A DNA stretch of 64,000 nucleotides. Origin: Podarcis cretensis (taxonomy: Eukaryota). The stretch covers positions 59,272,001-59,336,000 of the forward strand of contig OX638149.1 in the NCBI GenBank assembly GCA_951804945.1, in the 5' to 3' direction. Each line of letters begins with the position of its first letter. Position 1 is the stretch's first letter. The notes under the pieces were generated by a model. It worked only from the letters and a program-made list of their open reading frames with translations. It did no database searches and was not told the origin of the DNA. Of the stretch, positions 10,407-23,049 are shown in pieces. The translations under genes and the position numbers were made by a program.

Positions 10407-13178
10407 CTGTTATAAAAACACAGATATTTTAAAAACTGTTTCACCCACTAAATACCTGAGCATTTTAATTTTATCAAATTATTTTATTATTATAACACTA
10501 AGAAAGGGCATTGCAGATCTTGCACTACCTACAGCAAAATGATCTATTTTGCAAATTTCTGCATTGTTTATTTTTAAATAAGTACTTAAGATGAAAGTCA
10601 TTGTATGTAAATCCAAATTCTTCAAGAATAAATTTGTGTATCAATGGATGATGCACACACAATTCAACAAATTAGAATTTTGGCTCTTCAGTGTTTCTGG
10701 AAGTTAAAAACTATCCAAAGCCGACATGCAGGAATAAGAACTCCTGACTTGTTAACTTTCACTAACATGAGAATGGAAGAAAGGCACATGATAGAATAAA
10801 AACGAGAATTACTTGTCTAAAGGTAATATCCAATGTTAATCTTACCCACTGAAATCAATGGCTCCGAGTAACGTAAGTACATTGCTTTCAATGGGTCTAC
10901 TCAAAGTATGACTTGGTCAGGTATTATCCTAAGTGGCCATGCCACATATTAAAATGAGCAAGGACAAAAATAAATCATCTGAAGAGAGAAAAGGAAACAG
11001 AACCTCTACAGAAGAATGAGACCATTTTTCTGTGGTGTTAAATGGTGCAATTTGTCTGTCACTGAAGCCACAGGTGTATGAAGTATAAGAAAAAAACTGA
11101 TAGGCCAAGCTCAAGCTTAAATAGAGGAACTGAGTAGTCAGGACTAAACTAAGGTCTCAAGTAGATAGAGGATCCCAGTAAATGTCTGTAATGAACAACA
11201 TTTTGAGAAGGGTGTGAACTTGTAGCACCATGCAAGACAACAGGTACTGATAGGTATTTGTATACTATTTTGACAGATAAAGCAAAACAGGATCAGCAGA
11301 GAAGAAACAGCATTTTTTGCAAAGAAAGGATATGGACAATGGACATAAACCTATAGGAACCTCTCAATAGAAAGTACTTTGATATGAAGTGATCACAAAT
11401 TCTAAGGTATACACTTTACTGATGATCCTCTGAGTGAAGAGGAACACAGCAAACCTGCTCAAATATGTGGGAGGTAACTATTCGGTCTTGGTCAATCAGA
11501 CCAACATGAAGTACGGACAGTCATCTCCACTGAAATGCTACCTTGATGCTCGCTAAAGGCAAATTCAAAGCTCTGGGTGAAGTGACGAGATGTTGACACT
11601 TGAAAAGGACAAGAAGTATATGCCTAGCATTGATATAATCTTGAGTATGCTTTTGCAGGTGGGATAGGAAGGCACAGGGGCAAAAAATTATCAGTTGCAT
11701 CTGAACAATCTTGACAATTCTGCCAAAAAATGCCATGGCATAGTAAGCAGTCTAGGGATCGAACAATCCCCTAGATATGATAGGCACCTATTGTGCATTT
11801 CCAAGGAACAGAAAAAGCTGTTGAGTTCATATTTCTAAGTTCCAGCCTTCCCCAAGGATTCAGTAGAAACATGTATGAGTGATGCATCCCTGCAAAACTC
11901 TTAAGACATCTTATAAATAAAATGTAGACAGAGACAGCAATGCAGAAGTGTTTAGAAAGTTGTGTTCAAACCAACAACTGTTCACTTAATACCAAGTTGA
12001 ATTTTCCCAGTTAAAGTGGCAGACAGAAGGTTTAAGACACAAAAAGAAATACATTGTGACACAAAGCACTTCCCCCCACTGAGACAACAAAAGGAGAGAG
12101 CTCCTTCAATGACAGGAAGCCATAGCATTCAGGAGAGCGGTTTCCATACACGGAGACAGTACCTCCAAATAACACTAAGTAGTAGTGTTCAGCAACCAGA
12201 TGTACTGTGTATTTATGTCCTGTCTGAGAGCTATGCAGATCACTCATGAGACCTAGCATAGCAAAATTAGCAGGTCATCCTATAGGTGGCTTAATCTAAA
12301 CACACACATCCTGGACTCAATTTTATATATGCACTGCAAATTAATATTATGGGAGATAAACTATGATCTCAACCACTAAACCAGTAACTGAAACATGAAA
12401 ACTATTTAAACCTAGATTATTAAAATGACAAACAGTTTCAACACACAAGTTGTACCCTTTAAACAAAAATAGCTTAGATAAACTTTTAATGATAAAATTC
12501 CTCAGCAAATATGACTAAATATAGTGATTTAAATACACTACTCTTGATTTGGTTCTTGATTACATACTTCCAAATATATCTTCTACCATAGCTTCTTTCA
12601 GCCACTGTAACAGTTAATTATTTTTGAAATAATGTTCTCCACTCCTTTAACAATTTTTCAGAAGGCTCTGGATTTATATAATATACCAACTATGACTGTA
12701 TACAGCAATCCCATACCTTTTATGTATGACCACATTGCACTTAGGCATCTGTATGCTGTACATGGGAGATTCCATCAAACCATCTGAATCTAGTTTCTTT
12801 TAGTGTATTTGCTGCAAAATTTTGCTCCAGCTATCAGTTACTACTTGATAGGCCTGTGAAATTATCTGTTTTACTACGTCAAATGAAACTTTGAAAGGCT
12901 TTTTTGCTAACCCAATTTCTGGAAAGCAAGTGTTGCTAAGCAGTCACAAAATACTGATGAACAAACGGAAACCAGCAATGGTTTTCATTAAGTGCTGAGT
13001 AAGGTTACATGATAATAGAATACAATCTGCTGTAAATTAGCATATTGTCAGCTATTCAGCTACTATATAACCACTGACACTGGAAATAGCATGTAACAGA
13101 ATCATTGTGAATACTCTAAAAGCTTGGTATTTGAAGTGCTACTTTAGATCTAATGTTAAGAAAGATAAACATACTTAC

Positions 13179-13261
13179 AAGTTGTTCCACATACAGGCTT
13201 TTCCTTCCCTTCCAGTAAGTCCCACAGATGAATCGATGCCTGTTCATACTGTTCACTCAAC
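13179..13261 (-). CDS. CAPRIN1: CAPRIN1 exon 6
   Basis: ttgaag|LSEQYEQASIHLWDLLEGKEKPVCGTT|gtaagt; 83 nt. Confidence 0.96.
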
Positions 13262-13375
13262 CTTCAACAAAAATATTAATGGAAGCATAAGATACCTCAA
13301 ACCACCTATGTTGCAAAGGAGATTAATTGGATTGTTTCATTAACCATATCAGAATCATTCTGGCAATCACAATAC

Positions 13376-13614
13376 CTCACATTCATGTCCCGTTCAGGTT
13401 CAACTAGCTTGTAAAATTCATCTAGTGTTGACAGTTCCGTCTCTGTTAATACCGGCACTCCATTTGTTCCTTGCTTTAGGTCATTTCGCACTTCATCGTC
13501 ACCCAATTTGTCCAAAATAAACTGCAATTCAAGTACTGTTTTTAAACGTTTTTGCTCAGCTTCTTCTCTCATTAGTTGTTCCCGTCGAGCTGTCTTCTTT
13601 ATTGTTTTTTGAAT
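13376..13614 (-). CDS. CAPRIN1: CAPRIN1 exon 5
   Basis: tactag|IQKTIKKTARREQLMREEAEQKRLKTVLELQFILDKLGDDEVR...FYKLVEPERDMNVR|gtattg; 239 nt. Confidence 0.97.
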
Positions 13615-14688
13615 CTAGTAATAAAGTACACTAGGGTTAACAATTAACTGTGACTGGTTTAAACTGTTGCCCTCTCTTCACTTATGAATGAACAAAAAGT
13701 AAAATATTCCCAGTTTTATCAGCATTTCAAATATTCTCAATGTTTCCCAGAAAGCTTTATGGAATGTGGACAAACAGGTATGCCAGCTGTCTTTCTCTAC
13801 TTCCATTCTTCCCAGTCCATTGCTGAAGTCCTCCACTCCCCATCATCTGTGGTTTACCACCTTTCTAGAACTGCATCTCTGCCTCACATACTGCATTGCA
13901 GCATCATGCACTATCATCTAAAATAAGACTGAAGCATAATGGAACCAGACTGCTGGAACTTATCAAAAACGTCTAAAGAGATTCTAGAAAACCTGTTTTA
14001 ATATCTGCATAATGTATGTGAAGACTACATAGGATCACAGACATTTTTAATCTTTCAACGTTTGCGATCTCAACAATAGAAGAAAAATCAACTTTTGACT
14101 CATGTTGTCCTCTATTCCTTCTTTTCAGCAGAGCTATGCCAATTTAAAACAACAACAACAACACAGGATTAAAGGAAAGGATTTATCATGATTTAAAAGT
14201 GGGAGTGCTTCTTTATTAGACTTATTTTGTACTCCTTCAAATGTAAGAAAAATCAGCCCAACACTGCTACTACATACATGAAAGATGGGGGGGGGGATTT
14301 TTATCCACATCAACCATATTTTAGGAACGTCATTCACAGGTACCACATTCATTTTGACCAACAGCACAATCCTAACTAACCATGCCTACTCAGAAGTCCT
14401 ACTGAAATCAATAGGCCTACTCCCAAGTAAGTGGAATCAGGAGTGCAGTCTAAAACGTTAAACATGAACAGAGAAAAAAAATCTCCCTGCCCAGTTCACA
14501 AATCACGGTCAAACCATGGCTTGGGAACATGGTGAGTGCTCATTTTATTTCACCTTGCTAAAATGATTCCCTTTTCCACTTCCTGATTCACAGTAGTCAG
14601 TTTGCCATGACACATAAAGCAGTTTGTTGCCTCTATGCAGCCTGTGCCCTAAGTGTCGTCTGAACTGAACCATCAACTTTTTACTTAC

Positions 14689-14775
14689 ATCCTGGCTCAG
14701 GGCCATGAAACTCCTCTGCAGTTCCTTAGCAAATTCCAGGTTATTACTGACTTCTTGGTGCTTGGACACAGCATC
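14689..14775 (-). CDS. CAPRIN1: CAPRIN1 exon 4
   Basis: ccccag|DAVSKHQEVSNNLEFAKELQRSFMALSQD|gtaagt; 87 nt. Confidence 0.97.
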
Positions 14776-15138
14776 CTGGGGGAAGGAGGAAAATTCATGT
14801 TGCCTCTTTTGAAGTTTGAAAACTTGGAAGACTTTCCCAACTTTAATCCTCAAAAAAGAAATCTACTGTACGCTAGTCTTTACTTTAGTGTATAGAGTTT
14901 CCTCCTAGTCATTTGCATAGAATAGTTCCATATTTTCCCTAATGGCAGAGTGTGTATAGATATGGTTACAATGCACCTCCGCCGAATATAATAGAATATA
15001 ATAATATAAAGTACTGTTATTAAGGTCTCTCATTATCCATGATAATGCAACAATTAGAAAAGAATTAAAGAACAAGGGCTAATAAAAGAAGCCAATCTCT
15101 TATGAAAAATCTTTCAATATGTCAGTCAAAACATTTAC

Positions 15139-15201
15139 CAACTGGTCTTGGTTAAGGCGTTCTCCTTTGTTCATTCGATCCTGATAATCATCAAGTTTGC
15201 C
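15139..15201 (-). CDS. CAPRIN1: CAPRIN1 exon 3
   Basis: ttacag|GKLDDYQDRMNKGERLNQDQL|gtaaat; 63 nt. Confidence 0.97.
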
Positions 15202-15991
15202 CTGTAAAGAAAGAAAAAAGTTTCACAATATATATACCTCAAACAAATTTAAATGGAACTGACTGTTATATACTTTATAGAACACAGAAGTCCAGTTTTC
15301 CATGTTCCATTGTTTAACAGGAGAAATCAAGTGAAATTATTCACAGAGAAAATATCACAAGAGTTTTCTGAGATTAAGTATTTATTTATGAACCACTAGA
15401 ATACATCTGGTAAACAAACAGTACTAGGATGACATTTGTATTATTTCTTAAAATATAATATGCATTTTCCCAATTTAAAAAGAAAAACAGCTATACTGTA
15501 ACTTTAAAGGGAGTAGACATGTACCGTAAGATCAAAGTTTAAATGTTTATCTGACCATGCAACATTGTATCGAACTGCTGAAACAAATGAGTTATTTATT
15601 AGCTGCTTTTCAGGGCCAGGATGTTATAAAGAAACATACAAAGAAAAGAAAGGCAACATAACAGGCAGTGTGAAGCACCAATAGATACATACTGAATTAA
15701 GCACCAAAGTTCTCTTATAGAAACGCAACAGAAAAGGATATGGTGCTATTCCAACATTAGTCCCATTAAAATCAATGGTGCTACTTAAGTAGCACTTAGT
15801 ATGACTTAGCTGGATATTACCCTTAAGTTTTGAAGGAGTTACCGAATGCCAGAAATTAAAGAGAGAAACAAATATTAACTGGAAGAAAATTCCACAACTG
15901 TGGGGCCACTACCAAGAATGCTCTGTATCATGTGTTCGCCACCCTAGCAGGATACTCAAAAGCTGATAAAATTATTGAAGTTATATAATTC

Positions 15992-16085
15992 AGGCTGCAA
16001 TCCTACACAAACTTACCCAGGAGTAAGCCCCATTCCATTCAATGGTGTTAGCTTCTGGGTAGCCATGTGTAGGCTTGAGCTTACA
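15992..16085. repeat. Old short quasi-palindromic interspersed repeat (related copies ~14365-14450, ~60790-60872)
   Basis: Recurring ctgcaatcct...agtaagccccatt..tcaatgg...taggctt/ctgcagc motif. Confidence 0.5.
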
Positions 16086-16494
16086 GGCTTTATAGAATAG
16101 TTTAAGGAACACATTACATTTGTTTGTTTTAACTTGTTCCACAACTTTTTGAGGGTTTTTCTTCCGCTTTCCATTTTTAGCAATTCTTTGCAATACCCAA
16201 CTTGTCATACGCAAAGTAGACGCATTGAAATAAAGGTTACTAAAGTTGCTTACGTCCACAGATTTCAACGCGTCTTTGTCTGATATCACCCATCCTTCCC
16301 CACACAAACACACAGATTCCATATGCAACATTCACAACACAGAGAACCTCAAGCATTGTACCTGCCCAGGGGATTATTATCACACAAAGCAGTTTTATGT
16401 AGGCTCCTTATAGGACCAGTTATATTAAAATTAATCATTTTGCTTTGAGTAAGAAATATTGTCATCTAGTTCTTTTCTTTAGGGTAGTATACTT

Positions 16495-17060
16495 TAGAAT
16501 CATGAGTTGCAGGAAGTATCAAAGGTCATCCTGTCCAACCCTGACAAAGCAAAAATCCATTACCTTAACATTCCTGATAGGCAGCTAGCCAGCCTCTGCT
16601 TTTATCTTAAAGGAGAGTCCATCACCTCCTGAGACTATAGTAATGTAAAATGTTCTTTCTATCATTTAGTCATATTTTATTTCTAATTTGATTCTAGTGG
16701 TATAGGTTCTACTTCCTTGGAGTGACAGAGAAACAAATCTGCTGCATCCTTTATGTGAATGTCCTTCAAATACTTGATTTTTGTATCACCTCTTAAACAG
16801 TCACTTGTTCACCCAATTTCTTCAACCATTCCTTCTATGACTTGGTGTCCAAACCCCTCAACTTATTTATCCCCCTTCTCTGGACATATTCCAGTTTGTC
16901 AATATCCTTCTTAAACTGCACTGCCCAATAACAGACTTAGTATTCCAGATGAGATCTGATAAAGGCAAAATAGGGATACCACCACTTTTCATGATCTGGA
17001 CATTGTAAAATTGTTTTAGCCTTTCAAACAGCAGTTTTGTGCTGGTGACTCATTTTTAGC
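16495..17060 (-). mobile_element. CR1 LINE 3' fragment (degraded)
   Basis: CR1-type tail (tagaatcat..gagttg..aaggtcatc..gtccaacc) followed by degenerate RT C-terminal sequence. Confidence 0.6.
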
Positions 17061-17503
17061 TAGATCCTAATCCTAATCTACATACCTTCATGGTGCTTGC
17101 CAGATGTTGAATTGTCCAACACCAATCATCTCTGACCACAGGACATGCTGATGGAAACTAGAGTCCCAACAACACTTGGGGGCATTACATTGGCTATCCA
17201 TAGAATCTTTTTATACATACTATTGCTCAACTAGGTTCTACCTACCAAAATACATGAATTTTTTCACTGTTGCCAAGGGTCAGCTCTAGAGTAGCTCTTC
17301 TTTTTGCCTGTTCTTCCATCTTCTGGAAGATCAAGTTGTCAACCAAGTTTCATTCTTTTAATAATCTGCCAGTTAATATTTATCCTCATTCCAAAACATT
17401 TTCAACTATTAACCTCCTTTCTTGAAATATCCAAATGGGCCTTACTAGTCCTGAATGACTCCTTCCAGTTTTGGTAAAACGATGCTGTATCCTTTCACTA
17501 ATG

Positions 17504-17627
17504 TAGGTTTGCCTATTCCAAAAAGTGAAAATCCAGACAGATTTATTTTTAGTGCTGAGCTTTTTTTAGTTTTGCCCGAAGTTGTGGCTGCAGTATTTCA
17601 GATGTGTCCGGACATTTGGCAACCCTA
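17504..17627. mobile_element. hAT-type MITE
   Basis: TIR tagg(g/t)ttgcc ... ggcaacccta flanked by duplicated actaatg. Confidence 0.7.
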
Positions 17628-18624
17628 ACTAATGAGAAGCCTCTTCCACTCATAGATCCCAGTCTTCAGATTCAGGAGAATAGCACTTTGTTAGAAAAGT
17701 AACTCAAAATCCAGAGGAATGAATCTGTTTGTGCAGACTTTTGTATAATAATTTGCAAAAGCTCATTCTCAGTATCTTTATGGTCTGCTGGTTTACACAC
17801 AACTATCTGTGTGTCCTTATTCACTGCTTCTTGTGCCATATGCCAACTGTGATACATTGTGGCACTGAACTGTACTTCTACCTCTTGCATAGGAACTCAC
17901 AAAACACTGAATTTCCCTCTTATTAATGGACTTCCTCTCTACATTGCTGCAAATTATTGTAGTTAAAAACAGTGTATCAGGCAATAAATTTCAACTGTCC
18001 ATGGGAACTAATCAGCAAGATTAGCAATTCAAATAATCTAAAAATGAGCGTTCCATGTGCCTTCATTTCAGTGCTTTTTGTAGACTAATTGTTCTCAAGA
18101 TGCCAGGTCTAGCCTTTCTGCAATCCAGGAGAAGTGAACATGTAATAAATTTTGGACTTCTGCTTTCTGAACAACAGCTATCTCTCCTCTACCCCACCCC
18201 CACCATGCTACAAGGCAAATCTATTTGGAAACAGAAGAAAGTTTCAAAGGCAATCTGGCACAGAGGGCCTGTCCTTTAAAGAAAAATGCTTAACTTTCAC
18301 TAGGCGTGCTAAAATAGCTCTTGGTATCCGAGCTGAAAATGTCTCAATAACCATAGTATACAAACCTGTTGTTTATGAAGACACTCCTGGTTTGTACTAT
18401 TAACTGTACTCAGTGCTCATTCACACCTAGACTGTGATTAAAGCCAGGATGAATTTGTAGGTGGGTAGGTAGGTACAGAGCAGCTAGACTATTTTGCCTC
18501 ACCACATGTGTAATACAGCAAATGCAGTATTTGCAGAAGAGACTGGAGAAAGCATGCAGCAAGATCCCCTAATCATGGTTGTAAAATAAACATTTTACAT
18601 CTGTATGAGGCCAATAACCTAGTA

Positions 18625-18856
18625 CAGTGGTACCTCAGGTTACAGACGATTCAGGTTACAGATGCTTCAGGTTACAGACTCCGCTAACCCAGAAATAGTA
18701 TCTTGGGTTAAGAACTTTGCTTCAGGATGAGAACAGAAATCATGTGGCGGCGGCGCAAGGCCCCATTACCTAAAGTTGTACCTCAGGTTAAAAACCAGTT
18801 TCAGGTTAAGAATGGACCTCCAGAACGAATTAAGTTCTTAACCCGAGGTACTGCTG
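18625..18856. mobile_element. Tigger/pogo-like MITE, family A
   Basis: TIR cagtggtacctc ... gaggtactgctg; TA flanks; reverse-oriented sibling at 44093-44334. Confidence 0.85.
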
Positions 18857-18858
18857 TA

Positions 18859-19098
18859 CAGTGGAACCTTGGTTCTCGAACGGCTTAATTGACTAACAAA
18901 TTGACTTCCGAAAGGCAAAAACCCGGCAGTAAGTGTTCTGGTTTTTGAACGTTTTTCGGAAGCCGAATGTCCAATATGGCTGCCAGCTATTGTTTCCAGG
19001 GCGCCTGCCCCAATTGGAAGCTGTGCCTTGGTTTTTGAACGTTTCTGGAGTCAAATGGATTTACGAAGTGGATTAAGTTCGAAACCAAGGTTCCACTG
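18859..19098. mobile_element. Tigger/pogo-like MITE, family B
   Basis: TIR cagtggaaccttggtt ... aaccaaggttccactg; TA flanks. Confidence 0.85.
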
Positions 19099-19108
19099 TA
19101 ATGTAGTA

Positions 19109-19348
19109 CAGTGGTACCTTGGTATACAAACTTAACCCATTCTGGAAGTCCGTTCTTAAACCAAAGCATTCTTAAACCATGGCGTGCTTTCCCATAGCAG
19201 CGGGGGACTCAATTTACAAATGGAACACACTCAACATGTTCTGCTTTCCAGGCAAAGTTCACAAACCAAAACACCTACTTCCGGGTTTGCAGTGTTCTTA
19301 ATCCAAGTTGTTCATAAACCAAGCTGTTCTTAAACCAAGGTACCCCTG
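19109..19348. mobile_element. Tigger/pogo-like MITE, family C
   Basis: TIR cagtggtaccttggt ... accaaggtacccctg; TA flanks. Confidence 0.85.
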
Positions 19349-19779
19349 TAGTATTATTTAACTCTCCTACTACGTGTCCTATGAGTACACCTAGCCGCTC
19401 CACTTTTAGAATAATTTTAGGAACAAACACCCATACAAATAAAATGATGAAGAATCTACAGAGTCTCCCCCTCCTGCTGCGACCAGCTCCCCTTCCCCAT
19501 GTCTCCTAGAACTTGCAGAGAAATGAAACTGGAAGAGCAGAGGGTGGTTGTGCACAGACGCAGCCTGATACTTCATGGGAAAGACCCTGGAGAGGAGGCA
19601 TCTTAGTAGACACTAGGAAAGTAGCGGCCTTTAATCCTCGCAACTACTTCATCAGGGCAAGACCTCCTAGAAAGAGTTGCTGAGACCACTAGGCCTGAGC
19701 TGTGATTTGTTTTCTTGAATAAATATTTAACTGCACTGGCCTCAGGTGATTTATCATTTGTGTTGCTGACTCTAGCCTT

Positions 19780-20690
19780 GACAGCTGATTACACCCAATT
19801 CTCTCTTTTCCATTTGATTCCAGTGTTTAATGTCTGTAACAGGTGGATTAGGATCAACAAATTGAACCTTAATCCAAACAAGACAGAGGTGCTTCTGTTC
19901 AATAGATAAACCAATCTATGATAGGAATTCATCCTATTTGCATGGGGTTGCATTCCCATTGAAGTTTCAGGTATCTAGTCTATGGTACTTCTTGATCCAG
20001 CTTGCTGAGATGTCAGGTGTTGGCAGGCGTGCCTTAACCATCCTAGCTGGGGTGCCCATTCCTAGAGGTGTCCAATGACACACACCTTAAATTATATCCA
20101 GATTTACTACTGCAATGCACTCTACATAGGCATGCTTCTGAAAAGTGTCCAGCAGCCTCAGTTGGTACAGCCTGCAGCAGCCAGATTTTTAAGCACAGCT
20201 GGTTCATCCCACAGCTGGGATCATCTTGCTAAAATAGCTACACTGGCTTCCAAGTTATTTCTAGGCACAATTTGAAGTGCTGGTCATAACCTTTGCAGTC
20301 CTAAACAACTTAGAACAAGGATGTTTGGTGGATAGCCTGTCCTTGTCCCCCATTGTTCAGATCTTCTAGAGAGGCTTCATTGAATCACACCAGTTTCCAA
20401 GCTGTAGAAATGAGAAAGGGCATTCTGTTGCACCTGAAGTGTGTCATTCTCTCCCTTCAAAAGCACTCCCTTATCCCAGGCTTTGGCTTGTCTTAGGCTC
20501 TTGCTACTGTGTCTACTGTTAATATTTTATCTGCTCTTTTCTTATAGCTGCTATAGTCTATTAATCCCAGTTGCTTGTATTTTTGCTAGTGCATTACTAT
20601 TGTCTTTATTTTTGTATTTATTATTACCACCGTTAGTATAATTCATAGAAAGATGGGGGTAAAAATATTCATTATAAATGCACAATATAA
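19780..20690 (+). mobile_element. L2/CR1-clade LINE 3' fragment
   Basis: Degenerate ORF2 motifs KLNLNPNKTEVL, YCNALY.G, QLVQ.AAAR; boundaries approximate. Confidence 0.7.
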
Positions 20691-21406
20691 AGCTTGAAAA
20701 TGTTGCCTTTATATAACTGTTTACTACTCTCAAACCTCTCAACCAAAGAGTTCAACTGGAATCAAAGCTAAGTCAACAAAGTAACTATCAAGGAGCAATT
20801 TTATATACAGAATAAAGCAAGAATAAGAATATTAGTTTTAGGCACCAAATTAATTGGACATCTGATGAGTGTTATCCAGGCATAAAGATGGATACGAACA
20901 GAAGCTTGCAAGATATACTCAATTATACTCTATTTTCAATTTTATGCTACCATCTAGTCACCAAATAGACAAGAGAGTTAAACAACCACTACAATTTAAC
21001 TTTTATATTTTTCACTGAGCCACAGATTTTTTTAAAAAAAATGAAAAGCTATCTGGCACAACAATCTCCTTAAGAGTGAATACAATGTTCCAATAGGAAA
21101 CAGCTTGCCTACATTTTTCACAGTGCAGTTTAACTTTGTGTGAAATAGTTCTCCAATACATCCTTAGCTAGCATTAACATTGAAAAGAAGATATTTTCAC
21201 TTTCTATTCCAAATAAAGCCTTCTACTTCCTTCACATTAACTTTTACACCTTTAACAAATACTATCTTTTCACTTGACCCGATGCAATAAAAGACACCGA
21301 AAACTGCTGTGCTTACTTCTAAGCTCTATTAGCATGAATGCAACCTATTTAAATGAAAAGGAAATTATCAATTTTAACATAGAAATTTAAAATAGAAAAA
21401 AAAAAA

Positions 21407-21654
21407 TAGTCATACCTCGGGTTAAATGTGCTTCAGGTTGAGCGCTTTCGGGTTGCGCTCTGCAGCAACCCGGAAGTAATGGAACATGTTACTTCTGGGT
21501 TTCACCGTTCGCACATATGCAAACGGTCAAAATGACGTTGCGCGCATGTGCGGAAGGGCAAATCGTGACCCGCGCACAAACGCAGTTGCAGGTTGCATTC
21601 TGGATGCGAACGGGACTCCGGAACGGATCCCGTTTGTATCCAGAGGTACTACTG
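21407..21654. mobile_element. Tigger/pogo-like MITE (related to 51969-52230)
   Basis: Ends agtcatacctcgggtt ... gaggtactactg|ta; CpG-rich core shared with the 52-kb copy. Confidence 0.75.
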
Positions 21655-23049
21655 TATTTGCAACCTGCAAAGTATTTATTATCTGAATCAATAATTGTGG
21701 ATCATATTTGATTACACAGCAGATAAAAAGGTAATCCCTCCTACTTGATATTTGGAGCCAGATTTAGCAACAATTTAAAATCGGTACATCTATGACAACC
21801 ATGTTAGAAAATGGCAGAGCATTTTCCCAGTTTAAGGGGATGGGGAGCATTACATACACAGCAGCAAGATTGTGTGTACAAATGCAGTGTGTGGCTCCCC
21901 TCTCTGCCTAGTTGCAGGACCCATGGTGCAGAAATCCTGCTACTTGGTAAGGAAGGATTTTATTCAGTTCCCACACCTATCCTTCCTTAACGTCAGGTAA
22001 CTTATGAAATTTTAAACTATAAAAAGGGTTGTGTGTAGCCCTAGCTGATCCCCACATGTATTAAATTGAGGTGCTATTTATAGCTAATGCTAGAGTATAT
22101 ACTGTATCATTTTTTTTACATAATGGACACTATCCATGGAGCTAGCACACAGGTGTTGGTGACAGTGCTGGCACATGAGACGTATTCCATGCGTTCCTTG
22201 GAGGCAAGCTTCCATGTGCTTTCCTTCCACTATCTATTGGGAGGTTAGACTGGAGAAGCTGCTCAAAGGAAGCTGACAAAATATGTATAGGGCAGTCACA
22301 GGATGAGCCACCAGACTAGGTACTGTACTCATAGAGGTTAATTATAAACACAAAAATTAAGCTATTTATCTTTAAAGACTTAAATAAAAGTATAATTATC
22401 TATAATTTGTACCAGAATTTTCATCCGCAGTTGTGTTCTGTCAAGTTCTACCTGCGCTAGAGAAATGGGGCAGGTAGTCAAAGCTGGTAAAACACACCCC
22501 TAGCCACCAAGGCTACATATGTCTCCAGTGACAAAGCTGGGGTATACAACCCCATCCAAAACAGGCAATTGGCCAGTTTCTTGGACATGGGATCCACTCA
22601 TCCAGAGTCTTGCCAGGATATAAGCTCAGCTTAATTTCCCTCATACATCTCTGTGGGTTTTTTTTTAAAAAAAATTATTTAACTATTTATAATCTGCACT
22701 TTCATAAAGTATATCAAGTACTGCATTCAGGCACTGGTGCAAAGCCTCCAGCTTCAGATAAATGGAGCTGAGTGTCATCAGTATACTGATAACATCTTGC
22801 CACAAAACTCCAAATGACCACTCCCAACAGTTCTAGAGATATTAAATAGCACAGAGGTTAAAAATACAGCCCTGCAGCACCCCACAGTGCAAGTGCCAGA
22901 GCAGAAAAGCACTCTCCCATGCTCATTCTGGAGGTTATCAAAAGCTGCACAGATCAAGAAACAGGAGTACAGCTGCACTCCGCTTGTCCCATTGTTGATA
23001 AAAGTCATCCATAAGGGGGTCTGAGGCTGACTTGGTGTTATGGCCAGGC

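Noticed and set aside
18635-18682. Short repeated unit tcaggttacaga x3, superficially CRISPR-like
   Set aside because: Subterminal repeats of a MITE, no unique spacers, eukaryotic context, no cas genes.
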